Of a DNA stretch of 64,000 nt, positions 50,123-62,575 are shown one piece after another. The first letter of the stretch is position 1; the number at the start of each line of letters is the position of its first letter. The position numbers and the translations under genes are program-made. Below the pieces are notes generated by a model that saw nothing but the letters and a program-made list of their open reading frames with translations, was not told the DNA's origin and did no database searches. This stretch comes from Eledone cirrhosa (taxonomy: Eukaryota), in NCBI GenBank assembly GCA_964016885.1, contig OZ024740.1:271870001-271934000 (forward strand), read 5' to 3'.

Positions 50123-51317
50123 GTAAATTATTTAATTGACTTTTATTTTTCTTCTATTTCCTCTTGGTTGTCTGAAAATTCCATTATATATTTGCATTAT
50201 AAATCCATTATATAAGGGTCGGCTGAAAGATTCATAGGCTGACCAAGATAGTCTCATGGAATGACCAAATGAGGTTTATTTTTCAACAGAGTCACTGGAA
50301 AGAAGCAATACAGTTATTAATAAGAATTGAAATGACACAACAAAAAGCACCCAGTCCACACTGTAAAGTGGTTGTGTAGGAGACACGGTAAAAAGGCTAC
50401 CAGTCCACACTATAAATGTGCTTGGTGTTAGGAAGGGCATCCAGCCGTAGAAAATCTGCCAGAGACAGTCCTGAACAAGCAAGACACGGTCTCCCGACCA
50501 ATCTCGCCTTAAGTGGGACATGCTGGCGTGGAAGATGGACGTTAAACAATGATGATGATGATGCATGAAAGATTTCATAGCTTTAGCCTCACTCCTTCAT
50601 AGTCAGCTTATAAACCTTTCAGACGATCCTCATATATTTTCATTATAAAATCCATCATATAACTTCATTATAAAATCCATATATATTATTAAATCCATCA
50701 TATATTTGCATCATATATTTTCATCATAAAATCCATATATATTTGCATCATAAAATCCATTTTTCTAGGTTGTCTCTGTTAATTAAATAAAACAACAGAA
50801 TTAGTCATTTAGTTTACATATTGAGACCCCTGTAGCCGCACCCAATCGATTACGACGATGAGTCATCATCATCATCGTTTAACGTCTATCTTCCACGCTA
50901 GCATGGGTTTAGAGTGTTCCAATTTATATGATTAATGGAACAGCCTGCTCATGAAATTAATGTACAAGTGGCTGAGCATTCCAAAAACACTTGTACGCAT
51001 AATGTAATTCTCAGGGAGATTCAGCATGACAGAGAATCTAAGAAGGCTGGCCCTTTGAATTACTCATTTTTGCAAGTTGACTGGACTGGAGCAACGTGAA
51101 AAAGTGTCTTGCTGAAGGACACAGCATGCTGCCAGGAAACGAACTCGTGAGCTTATGATCTTGAGCTGAATACCCTAACCACAAAGCCATGCACCTACAC
51201 AAACCCCCAACTTATCCTATTTATTTTATAATGTATAGAATTTCTTGTAATGTACTTTTTTGTTATGTATAATGTTTTCTTAATGTATAAAGAAAATTAA
51301 TTGTTGTTGTAATGAGC

Positions 51318-51465
51318 ATATAGTGACTAGCGCCATCTCTCCGGGGAACCAAACATATAGTGACTAGCGCCATCTCTCCGGGGAACCAAACATATAGTGA
51401 CTAGCGCCATCTCTCCGGGGAACCAAACATATAGTGACTAGCGCCATCTCTCCGGGGAACCAAAC
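51318..51465. repeat. 4 x 37-bp perfect tandem repeat of the MITE left terminus
   Basis: TAGTGACTAG starts at 51321, 51358, 51395, 51432. Confidence 0.95.
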
Positions 51466-51785
51466 TATTTTGGAGTTACTTCCCCGTGGCCAGTATGTGA
51501 AGGTAGTTTTTCTTTATTCGTCAGCTTGTGCGTGTGTATTACAATGGTTAAATGACATACCTGTGACTTGCTTTGTTAATCCTTGTAAGAAGGATTGGAA
51601 TATATCTGAGCTGAGCCTTATGGTATAGGTCCTCAGCAGATGTGTTGCAGGTCGGAAAGGCTCGACCGAAAGAGGGTAAGTGAGCAAGAGAGGTCGAGTG
51701 ACGTCAGAACGCTCCCTTATATACTGGCCACGGAGAAGTAACTCCAAAATAGTTTGGCTCCCCGGAGAGATGGCGCTAGTCACTA
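51432..51785. mobile_element. MITE with ~65-bp TIRs starting TAG (Academ-like, tentative)
   Basis: TAGTGACTAGCGCCATCTCTCCGGGGA..TGGCCAGTAT is repeated inverted at 51721-51785. Confidence 0.7.
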
Positions 51786-51789
51786 CAAG

Positions 51790-52160
51790 CACCTTTTGAA
51801 TTCCATGTGTCTAACACTCGAGGGCATGCTTACAAAGTCAGAAAACAGCACAGCTCCCATGACTTTCGGAAACATTTTTTTCACACTCAGAGTTGCCGAA
51901 GCATGGAACAAACTACCTGCATCGGTTGTTAGCTGCCGAGTCACTGCATCCTTTAAAACCACCATGCTTCCTGAAATTCGCTGACACTACACCTGATATT
52001 CTCCCTTCTATACACACACATACATGTATATCATGACTCATACACTGTTCACTTTCCTGACATTTGTACATTATTCTATGTACTATACATGCACCTTTGA
52101 CGAGTTGTAGTGCATCTGAGCACTGTACACAATAATTTCATTATCATTATCATTCTCATT
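51790..52160 (+). mobile_element. CR1/L2-type LINE 3' end; related copies ~4790-5040 and ~20495-20640
   Basis: FFTLRVAEAWNKLPASVV..ASFK terminal motif, shared 3' UTR, (ATT)n tail. Confidence 0.75.
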
Positions 52161-52731
52161 ATCATTATAATATGTAATATATAAAATAAAATTTTGCTAG
52201 AGATAAATAAGCAAAATTTAATAAGCGGGAGATGGGGTGGTGGTGGGTGGTGTGTTGACCCGACAGTACATACGTTCTTGCACACTATGGGAGACAATAT
52301 GATTGGTTATTTTGCTTGAAATAGCAGTACAATTCCCACAAATCATATCCTAGTGTCCTAAAACAGGAAGAACACATTAAGTAATATTGTATAAATATAC
52401 AAAAAGATGGAAGGGTCACAGCTGGAATAAACAACAATATCATCTTCTTCACGATCTTGTCCAATTTTATGTGCTTGTACAAGGGTCGGCTGAAACGTTC
52501 ATAGGCTGACTATGAAGGAGTGATGCTAGAGCTGTGAAATCTTACATGCATTAATTTCAACTCTTTTTTTTTATTAATAGTTATTGATTATATAATTAAG
52601 TTTCTTTCCAGGAACTATGTTGAAAAATAAACCTCATTTGGTAATTCCATGAGAGGATCTTGGTCAGTCTATCAAATTTTCATTCAACTCTCATGAGTTG
52701 GTGGGACAGATGTTCATTTGTTATTGTTTAA

Positions 52732-52951
52732 CCCTTTAGCATTTACATTACTCTATATTTACTATTGTATTTTCACAGTAAAGGCTTCATCTTACATAAT
52801 ATCTCACATAATATTGAATCTATGAGATTTTGATATTATTTATTTTGAGAACAATACCATAACCTAAACATGAGTGGCTAGTTACAGCCAGTTTGAAAAG
52901 AAAGAGGTGAGGCAATTCTGGCCAGTTATGGCCGGTTTAAATGCTAAAGGG
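52732..52951 (-). mobile_element. piggyBac-type MITE copy 4
   Basis: TTAA TSD, same TIR. Confidence 0.88.
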
Positions 52952-53014
52952 TTAATCTCTTTGAACTCTGTATTAATAAATTCTGTATTTTTTTTCTTTT
53001 TCTTTTAATTGCAG

Positions 53015-53349
53015 GAGAAAAACGGTTCAAGTGTCATATTTGTGCGTCACCATTTTCTACAAAGGGCAGCCTGAAAGTTCATATGCGTTTACATACTGGT
53101 GCTAAGCCTTTTAAGTGTCCATATTGTGACCAGCAATTCAGAACATCTGGCCACCGTAAAAGTCACATGGCGTCACACTTAAAGTCTGACACTCCGAAAA
53201 AACGGAAGATTCATTTCAAAACAACAAACATTGCTCCAGAACTGACAACACTTGCAGTTGTCCAGCATCAGCCGAGTGAACAGGAATTGCAAGAACAGCA
53301 ACAACGACAACAGCAACTGCAGCAGCAACAACAGCAACAACAACAACTA

Positions 53350-53380
<31 letters not shown>

Positions 53381-54213
53381 TACCACCACCACAACCGCCA
53401 CCTCCACCATCACTACAACAACAGCAACAGCAACAACAACAAGAGATAGTTTCAGTGATAGCAAAAGAAGCAGGTCTAATTGAGCCAAATACTTCATCTA
53501 GTGAAAGTTCACGGCAAATTGTTAACTTGGACCAGTTGCTCATTCAGAATCAGACCAATTTGCTTCCTGTGTCTTTGGCTGTTGCCAGTAATGAACATTT
53601 AGTTAGCAACACTGCTATTCCTACTGGAAACGGTGCTGCCGTAGCTCCAGTTGCACCAGCTGCACAAGCTACTGGCAACCAAATCTCAGAAACTGCATTA
53701 GCAGCACATGTCCTCCAGGGCCTTGACGGCTTCCAGTTTCAACTGTCTGGAAACTTGGGACAAAGCATCCAGGTTATGGGTCTTGATCCAAGTTTGATGT
53801 CACAGACAATCCATATAGACGATGCTCTCCTCCAACAGCTGCAACAAGGCAGCCTCAATTTAACTCTTGCACCAAACTTTGTCAGCAGTCCACCAACACA
53901 AATACAACTGCAGACCCCAAATACACAAAACATAATGGCTTCCGTCAGTCAAGATCTGACCTCAAATGTTGTTACTACTACCGGTACATCAGCTCAGATA
54001 ATGCCAAACACCATTCAGATTCATCCAGTCAATATGCAAGACTCTAGTATTATCATGCAGCCAATGCCAGCTATCACTGTCACTCAGAACCAAGCAATTG
54101 CAGAGACCGCATCTGTGCAAGCTAATCAGACAGCTGTTGTGATGAATGGTGCAACTGATGCAGAATTGAGCACACATCATGGTTTTATTGTAGCTGAAGC
54201 TGCAGACACACAG
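53015..54213 (+). CDS. ZNF236: ZNF236-like exon w17 (2 fingers, polyQ/P tract, Q-rich domain)
   Basis: ttgcag|GA GAA AAA; long open frame (ORF 53083-54219); donor CAG|GTCTGA inferred from the phase 0 requirement. Confidence 0.88.
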
Positions 54214-54263
54214 GTCTGAGCATTTATTTACATATTTTTTTTTTTATATAACTCTTTCTTCAA

Positions 54264-55022
54264 CATCATCATCATTTTACGTCCGCTTTTCCCTGCTTGC
54301 AAGGGTGGGACGGGTCCTATTCAGCACAGCATCTCTCCACTTGTCACGGTCCTTTGTCATCTCCACCATGAGCTTCAGCGATCTGAGGTCTGCTCTCACC
54401 ACCTCCGCCCATGTTTTTTGTGGTCTTCCTCTACTACGTTTTCCTTCAACTGGCATTTCTTGGCACTTCTTCACCCATCAGTCATCCTCCATGCGCATCG
54501 CATGTCCATACCATTGCAGTCTCCTCTCCCGCACACAACAACTTATCCCTCTCAGACACAGTTTCTCTCTCAACACATCCATGCTCGGCCGTTCACACAC
54601 ATTGACATTGCACATCCAACGGAGCATGCTTGCCTCATTTCTCTCCAGCCGTTGCATATCCTCTGCAGTTGCTGCCCATATCTCACCACCATGCAGCATC
54701 GCGCACCTCACACGGGCATCATATAACCGGCCTTTCGTACGCAGGGAGAAACCCTTCTTCGTCAGCAGAGGAAGCAGCTCCCTAAACTTCTTCCAACCCG
54801 GCCTTATTCTAGATACTATAGCCTCGGAACACCCTCCTCCCATGCTAATCTGATCTCCTAGGTACCGGAAGCTATCCACCACTTCTATAGCACCCACCTG
54901 CATTTGAAAAACGTGTCTATCAATGCGACTTCTACTGTCAAATTTCCCTGTACATCTACTGCATACGTATTTCTCCCTACCTGTTAGTTTGCCTGCTATC
55001 CCACTACATCTCTTGTGTACTC
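54264..55022 (-). mobile_element. 5'-truncated RTE family-2 copy (ORF ends [13 protein letters not shown] directly at the tail)
   Basis: ORF pieces 54277-54474 and 54478-54903; PHD remnant VHKRCSGI..VCSRC at the 5' end. Confidence 0.9.
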
Positions 55023-55120
55023 AAGATCTGTTATGTGTTTAAATTCTTTTTGAGAAACATTTACTTTATAGTTCTTCATAATTCATAAAATATGTAGCAG
55101 TAATATACAATAATATAATA

Positions 55121-55281
55121 CAGGTAAAATTCCGTTATAACGAATACCATTATAATGAATTTTGCAGTATAATGAATTTTTTTTCAATCCCCAGCCACAT
55201 GCTGTTAGGTCGATCTCGTTATAAAGAATTTTTCATTATAACAAATTTTTTAAATAATTTCATTATAACAGAATTTCACTG
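55121..55281. mobile_element. Tc1/pogo-type MITE
   Basis: TA flanks; CAGGTAAAATTCCGTTATAA / TTATAACAGAATTTCACTG. Confidence 0.7.
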
Positions 55282-55288
55282 TATACCA

Positions 55289-58250
55289 CATCATCATCAT
55301 CATCATCATCACCGTTTAACGTCCATGTTCCACACTAGCATGGGTTAGTCGGTTTTGTTCCATTTGATGTGGGAATGGTTGGGAGACCATGTCTCGCTCA
55401 CACAAAAGCGTCTGTAGCAGGTTTTTTTTACAGCTGGATGCCCTTTCTAACACCAACCACATTTACAGTGTGGACTGGGAGCCTTTTCACTGTGTCTCCT
55501 ACATGGCCACCTTACAGTGTGGACTGTTGTGTCATTGACACAGTGGACAGAACGGGAGAGGGAGGATGGGGTAGGGTGTGGCGGTGTGGTGTACATTGGG
55601 TTACGAGGTGCCTACTGACTGTAGGTTTGTAGGCAATGGTAATCGGGTCTTCTGTACAACTGCATGGCGCCAAAAGTCTCGATCCAGTGTTATTGTCTTA
55701 GAGAGGTGTAAGTGGGCAAGGTCAGTTTTATCACCTTGTCCCAGGTTTTTCTTGGTCTACCGACTCTGCAGCTTCCATCAATTTTCATTGCCCTGCACAT
55801 TTTTATACAGCTGTTGTCCTTCACATGTCCACACCAATGCAATCTCCTCTCCAGAACACAACATTTGATACCTCTTATGCTTAGTCTCCCTCTTAGTTTG
55901 TTTATGCTTCGCCTTTCGCACACATTACTATTACACATCCATCAGAGCATGCAAGCTTTATTTCTTTCTAATCTACGCAGGTCTTCAGCACACAATGCTC
56001 AAGTCTCACTATCCTGTAATATTGCCGTTTGTATACATGCATCATACAATCTGCCTTTCATTTTTAGAGAAAAACCCCTTGTGGCCAACAGCGGTATTAG
56101 CTCTCTGAACTTTTTCCATCCCGTTCTAACTCTAGCTACTTCACTTTCAGAGCACCCTCCTCCACTGCTGATTTTGTCACCCAGGTAACGGAAGGTGTCT
56201 ACTATTTTTATAGAACTATCTGGGCAGTTGAAAGAGATATCATCTAGTGGGTCCTTGCTACTTACTGCACCTGATCATCGGCCACATATAACATTTACAT
56301 TCTTAGATAGCTTTCTTCTGATCCCACTACATCTTTAATGTACCCATAGTTTGCATTTGGGACAGAGAATGGAGTTTCTGCCTACTCCTTTCTTACACAC
56401 TGAGCATGGCCATTTCCCAGAGGGTACCTGTGCCCTATTCTCCTTTCTGCATACTAGAACCTTAGTCTTAGACAAGTTGTCTCTAAGGCCTTTTGATTCA
56501 AGGCCATGCTTCCATGTTTTGAACTTCCTCTCTAGTTCAGCCATAGAATCAGCTATGAGAGTTAGATCATCTGCATATAGAAGTCCCCATGGGCGCCAGT
56601 GTAAACCCCTCTGTTATAGCCTGTAGGAGGGGGCTAAGAACAGAGCCCTGGTGAACCCCTACTATTACGCTAAATTCATCACTATATTCTTCGTTAATTC
56701 TAACCTTGCTGACTGTTCCTCTATACATGGCTTGTATAGCTCTCACAAGCCATTCTTCCACTCCTAGTTTTCTAAGAGCCCACCAGATTAAGGTGCATGG
56801 GACTCTGTCAAAAACCTTCTCCAGGTCAACTAAAGCTAAGTAGAGGGGTTTACTCTTAGCCAGGTACTTCTCCTGCAATTGCCGTACAAGGAAAAGAGCA
56901 TCCGTGGTACTTTTACCTGGCACAAACCCAACCTGCATTTCATCTAGATCAATTTGGTCTCTAATCAGTTGAGTAATAACTCTTTCTGTGACTTTCATGA
57001 TTTGGTCAACTAATTTAATACCCCTATAGTTTCCTCTATCCAGGGCGTCTCCTTTGCCCATGTAACAGCTGATGATGATGCTGCTATGCCAGTCATTTGG
57101 TATGACCCCATTCTGTATTACTTGGTTTACTATCCGGGTGACCATAGTATGTCCCACCATGCCAGATACCTTCAACATTTCAGCAACTATCCCCGAAGGT
57201 CCAGCTGCCTTGCCTGTCTTCATATTTTTAATTGCCTTACTTACTACACTACCATTAACTTGCACAGCTGGTCCTTCTATTGGATCGATGTGGGGCAGAC
57301 TATCTTTATTCCATTCATTCTCCACATTCAGTAGTCTCTCATAGTGACACTTCCAAGCTACCTTCTTATCACTATCAGTAAGGGCAAGTACACCATCGTC
57401 ATTATGGACACACGTCTCCCCGACAATGTCACAGTTCTCCTTGACACATTGCTCTGCAATCCTGAATATCTCACATCTTTGGTCCTCCCGTTGTAGAATA
57501 TGCTTGAACTTACTATCCTCTGCTTCCCTCTTTGCAAGCTATACTTGTTGTCTAGCTTCTCTTCTAGCTACCCGATAGTGTTCTCTACTACCCCCATCCT
57601 GCCATTCTTTCAATGCCTGCTTTTTACCCTTGATGGACTCCTCCACCCTACTGTTCCACCACCATGTCACTCTCCTCCTGCCTAAAGGTCTGCTCCAGCC
57701 ACAGATTTCATCAGTCGCCTTCAACAGGTTAACTTTCAGGAATTCCCACTGTTCCTCTATATTGTATGACTCTAATTGCTCTTCCTTACTATCAAAAGCA
57801 TCAAGTAATATGCCTTTGAATTTGTTATTGGCTGCGGGGTTCTTCAACTTCCATAATCTTCTCCTTAAGGTATTCCTCTGCCGGCAATTACATCTGGCCT
57901 TGACTATGAGATCACTTGCTATTAAATTATGTTGGGAGGCGCATTCTTTGCGAGGGAGGGACTTAGTGTTCAAAACAGACACTTTGTCTCGTTTCCTAGT
58001 AAGGATAAAGTCTATCTGGCTGGTGTGCTCCCCTGATCTATACGTGATCAAATGACTGTCATGTTTTTTGAAGTTTGTGTTGCAGACAGTCAGGTCAGTT
58101 GCATCACAGAATTCCAGGATCCTGAAGCCTTCCTCCTTTCTAGTACCAAACCCATAGCCTCCATGGACACCATCATAGCCATCACAATGTTGTCCAACAT
58201 GACCATTAAGATCGTCAGCAATAATTATATAGTCACTGTTGTGTATCTGG
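55289..58250 (-). pseudogene. Near-full-length decayed RTE (PHD-type) copy
   Basis: Collinear APE, RT, PHD and C-terminal fragments (57539-58348, 56567-57325, 56335-56544, 55690-55938) with frameshifts. Confidence 0.93.
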
Positions 58251-60051
58251 GAGGTAGTGAGCATTAGAACCTCTCCTCGAAAGGTGATATATACTTGAAT
58301 ATAAGTCGACCCCACTAGTTTATGTCTGAGAAATGGGCAAAAATCCAAACATTATGTAGAATTTGAAGTTGATGAAATTTGTTAAACTATTGACCCCAAA
58401 TATAAGCTGACCACCTTCTACCATCGACTTTTTTGGTCACATGTTCATTGGGTTATATACAGTAATATAATATCATCATCATATCCCTTTAGTTTCAATT
58501 TTCCATACTAGCATGGGTTAGAGGATTTCTACCATTGTCAGACAAGTCAGATCAGGTGAATGTGTCTTGCTCATACGGAATTGTTTCTGGCTTGGATCCT
58601 ACGGCTGGAAACCCTTCCTAATGCCAACCACAATACATGGACTGGTTTTTATCATGGCACCAATATATATATATGTGCGTACATACATGCATACATATTC
58701 ATATATGTAGAAGGTTGTATGATTATAATTTCACCACAATCTATTTATCACCTAATTAATAGCTGTTATACGTATTTCAGTGGCATCTGTTACATAATTG
58801 TAAATCTTAAGATACAATCTCTTCAGACAGCTCTCACTTTTATGAATATTAGTAATGTAATTTTGTGATATATCAATGGGGAGGCTGGTATATCAATGAT
58901 TTACCTTGGTAATTAGTTAGTATAAACAGCTGAAACCTGCTTTAAATTTGTTTGGATAGCATTCTGTTTGTGTGTGTGTGTGAGGGGGTGATGGGGGAGA
59001 GAGTGAGAGAGAGTGGAGGGAGCATTGCTTATACCTTTCTAGGCTTGTCCTTTTCTTATTTAAGATAGTTAAATATGATTTGAGGGAGATTTGGCTGCAG
59101 CTTTTAACAGGCTAAGTGACCATGTAGAGACACACTTGTTGATTCAAAGTGAAATTCCTGTACACAGGGATGGTTCTGCCACTAAGCTCACAAATAGCTT
59201 AGACCACATTGAAATAGAAGGCCATCTGACTGATTAGCAAAGATTCAGTACACTGTGACTGCTAACCTGTAGACATGCTGTTCCTTCATTATGTATCTTC
59301 TTCCTACTACAACAACCTTTGCTTTTCTTGTAATCCAGGCCTATTTAATAGTTATGTTGCCCCCTTCATCACCCAAATCCTACATCTTGCACTAATCCTT
59401 ATACTAATCCTTGCAAGCAGGGAAAAAGCGGACGTAAAATGAAATGAAATGAAATGAATCCTCTCCAGAATCTTTGTTTTTCAATATGTGTATAGTTTGG
59501 ATAATTCTGCAGTGGATATTAATACTCTTGATCTTAGTCATTTTTTCTCTGAATTCACTACTTCCTGTTTTTACTTTTTAGTCTCCCTCCATCACAAATG
59601 ACTTCCACTGTCAGCATGTGTCACTCCTTTTTTGTTTTGTCTTTATTATACCAGCTTAGCTGCCTCTGCTCTACATATTGACCGATGCTTTTTAAAAATA
59701 AGTTTAGCCACTCTTAGCTCACTTGCACTGTTCTTTAACACTAATAGAAAAAAGAAAAGCATCCAGTCTACACTGTTAGTGCTTGGAAGGGCATCCAGCT
59801 GTAGAAACCAAGCCAAAATACAGATCCGTATGAACAAGACCTGACTTGTCTCATAATGTGACAACTCATCTAACACATGCAAACATGGAAAATGGATGTT
59901 AAACGATATTGATGATGATGATGATGGTGGTGATGAAAGAAATTCTAAGGTTCAGATGCATGTGGTAAACATTTATCCTGAATTTACTGCATCTAATAAT
60001 TGTGGTGTGTCTGTAACTATATATCAATTTTGTAATTTGAATTTTTCATAG

Positions 60052-60237
60052 ATTGCTGTTGATGGTGTTGGAGATGACCAAGAAGATGGATCAACTGTTA
60101 TTGGCAATGAGACAGACAACTTAGAAGAAGTGCATGATGCTGCCACGGCTATGATGCAAAATAGCAATGTTGATAACATTGAATGTGAGCCGAATTCCAG
60201 TGAAGAATTGGGGAAAGAGAAAGAAAATATCTGTCAT
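60052..60237 (+). CDS. ZNF236: ZNF236-like exon w18 (acidic linker, first Cys of a split finger)
   Basis: ttcatag|ATT GCT; TGT CAT|GTGAGT; 186 nt. Confidence 0.87.
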
Positions 60238-60473
60238 GTGAGTAAATGTTTATGTACATGTTATTCTTTTTTTCTGTTTGATTTTATTTTTCCTGCCATG
60301 CTGGGACACTGCCTTCAAGAGATTTTTGCCAATCATATTGAACCTCAGTACTTATTTTATTAGCATTTAAACCGGCTGTATCCGGCCATAATTCTCCATC
60401 ATCCATACAGTTACCACAAACAAGCTGGTTGCAGCTGCAATCACTCCAACCATGTAGCAGCTATTTTGTTTAA

Positions 60474-60687
60474 CCCTTTAGCATTTAAACCGGCCATATC
60501 CGGCCAGAATTCTCTCACCTCTTTCTGTTCAAACCAGCTGTAACCAGCTACTCATACTGATGTTAAGGTAGTGTTCTCAAAATAAATAATATCAAAATCT
60601 TATAGATTCGATATTATGTGAGATAATTATAATAAAGCCTTTATTACGAAAATATAATAGTATATATATAATGTAAATGCTAAAGAG
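60474..60687 (+). mobile_element. piggyBac-type MITE copy 5
   Basis: TTAA TSD, same TIR; partial end also at ~60361-60398. Confidence 0.87.
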
Positions 60688-61165
60688 TTAAGCTAAAAAC
60701 CTTGATAAAAATATTATTATAACATGAATAATAGGACACGATCGACAAGATCCCAGACCTCACTTACTTACTGAGTGAGGTGGGGGGACCCATGAAATCG
60801 GAGTGTTTTGCTCAAGGACATAACACATTACCTGAACTTGCAACCTCACAATTGCAAATCCAGTTCCCTGACCACTAAGTCTCGTGCCTCATGTGAATAA
60901 TTGTAAGATTTCAGTTGATTAACTCTAACATTATACAATAATATACTATATAGGTTCAGATAGTTTACAAACCCACTCCAAAGTCTTCATTATATCAAAA
61001 ATTAATTGAAACAGTTAAGCAGCCTGTTTGTTAGAAATATAGCCTCCTAAAGTTTAAATGAAACCATTTGCTTTGAATTTGAAGAAAAAACTTTAATACT
61101 CTTTAAGTATTTAGATGTAAAACAAAAAGAGCCCAAAAACTAAAGATATGCAATTTTTTTTTCAG

Positions 61166-61337
61166 TTGTGTCAGAAGAATTTTAAGCGTCTGGTCAATCT
61201 TAAAGAACATTTGATTAATGTACACGATACTTCGTTGCCGAATCAGAAGAAATTAAAACGCACTAATGCATGTTCGGCCTGTGGGAAGGCTTTCCAGAAA
61301 CCTAGTCAGTTGGAACGTCACATACGTATTCATACAG
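61166..61337 (+). CDS. ZNF236: ZNF236-like exon w19 (rest of split finger + 1 finger)
   Basis: tttcag|TTG TGT completes CHLC..HLINVH; [12 protein letters not shown]; G|GTAAT. Confidence 0.92.
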
Positions 61338-62079
61338 GTAATTTTGAAATATTTTGATTGTTTTTTTTCTTTTTTTCTTTTCTTTTCCCAGTTCATGTTA
61401 TTTTTTAAATTGCTGCGGACTGAGTCATTTAGGGCAACTGATCTTGGGACTGCACTATCATCCTTTATTCAGTCTACTTACCTTGAAAATAACTAACATA
61501 CATTATTAGGTTTAGTCAATTGGAGTATCTAGTGGGAGTACTGCATAAATGAAAGAAATGTTGAACCAACTTGAAGGGCCCATTTCAAATCCTCATATAA
61601 CATTAAAAGAGTTTGTTGTTGTTCTTTAGCCCCAGGTCAACCCTGATTAAGCAGACCTTTAATCAAAGGTATTCCAGCCATGGTGATCCCATGTTTTTGT
61701 TAATCCAGAGCTACATTGGGGGGGTCAGAGTCCCTAGACATCCCTTCCAGAGAGTTCTATTGAAAGCAGCTGCTGCTAAATGATCCAGCTGGATCCCTAA
61801 ATGAGATCAACTGAGTTTATGGAAGTTATCCAAACATCTTGCTCGTAGATTACGTCTAGGTTTCCTGTCGATTGGCTTTGCTCCTTAAAATCTGTCCTGA
61901 ATCTGAATATATGTGCATGTTAATTAGTTGGCTCTCAGTAGGCTGACCAGTTACTGTAACTGTATGAACAAACAAGCATCTTTAAAACAATGTTAGGAAA
62001 AGCAATAGGAAAATTAAAATGAAAACGGCTCCTTTTAATGAAACAAATTTCAATTCTATTATGTTTTTTTTTTTTGCAG

Positions 62080-62456
62080 GGGAAAGACCATTTATTTGTA
62101 GTAAGTGTAATAAGAAATTCAACCAGAAAAATGCCCTACAAATTCATCTAAAGCAGCATAGTGGAGAGAAACCGTACAAATGTACATACTGTGATTTAGC
62201 TTTTATTCAAAGAGGGAACTTGAAAACACATATCAAGAGGGCACATCATGTGGACATGGTTCAATCCATGAACCTTCCTCGAACAATGCTTCCTGCTGCT
62301 GGAACAACTGCCTGTATTTCTAATAATAGTACGACAAACAACACCACACCTACGTTAGGGGGCAGCACAACCACCACTTCTAAAGACAACTTGGACCTTG
62401 TTGAACTATTTCAGAGAAATGAAATTAATACTTGGGAAATGGATGTTGATGTATGA
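62080..62456 (+). CDS. ZNF236: ZNF236-like terminal coding exon w20 (2 fingers, stop TGA)
   Basis: tttgcag|GG GAA AGA CCA; [23 protein letters not shown]; ends MDVDV*. Confidence 0.92.
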
Positions 62457-62569
62457 CAGCAGGCGGGTGCTGGAGGAGTAGGTCATACCCAGTGGTAAAA
62501 CTATGTGCAGAAGTTCTAATTTAAACTACTACCATTACTTTGAAGCTAAAAAAGGAGATAGAGAGTATC

Positions 62570-62575
62570 AATAAA
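62570..62575 (+). promoter_or_regulatory. Candidate polyadenylation signal AATAAA (second at 62635-62640)
   Basis: First AATAAA about 115 nt after the stop; the hexamer is common by chance in AT-rich DNA. Confidence 0.3.

Larger units (their letters stand above)
2965..62456 (+). other. ZNF236: Multi-exon C2H2 zinc-finger gene, ZNF236-like (5'-incomplete; 20 exons in window)
   Basis: 20 GT-AG exons join in consistent phase into about 1,590 aa with 24 C2H2 fingers. Non-finger motifs resemble vertebrate ZNF236 as recalled ([45 protein letters not shown]). Confidence 0.85.
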
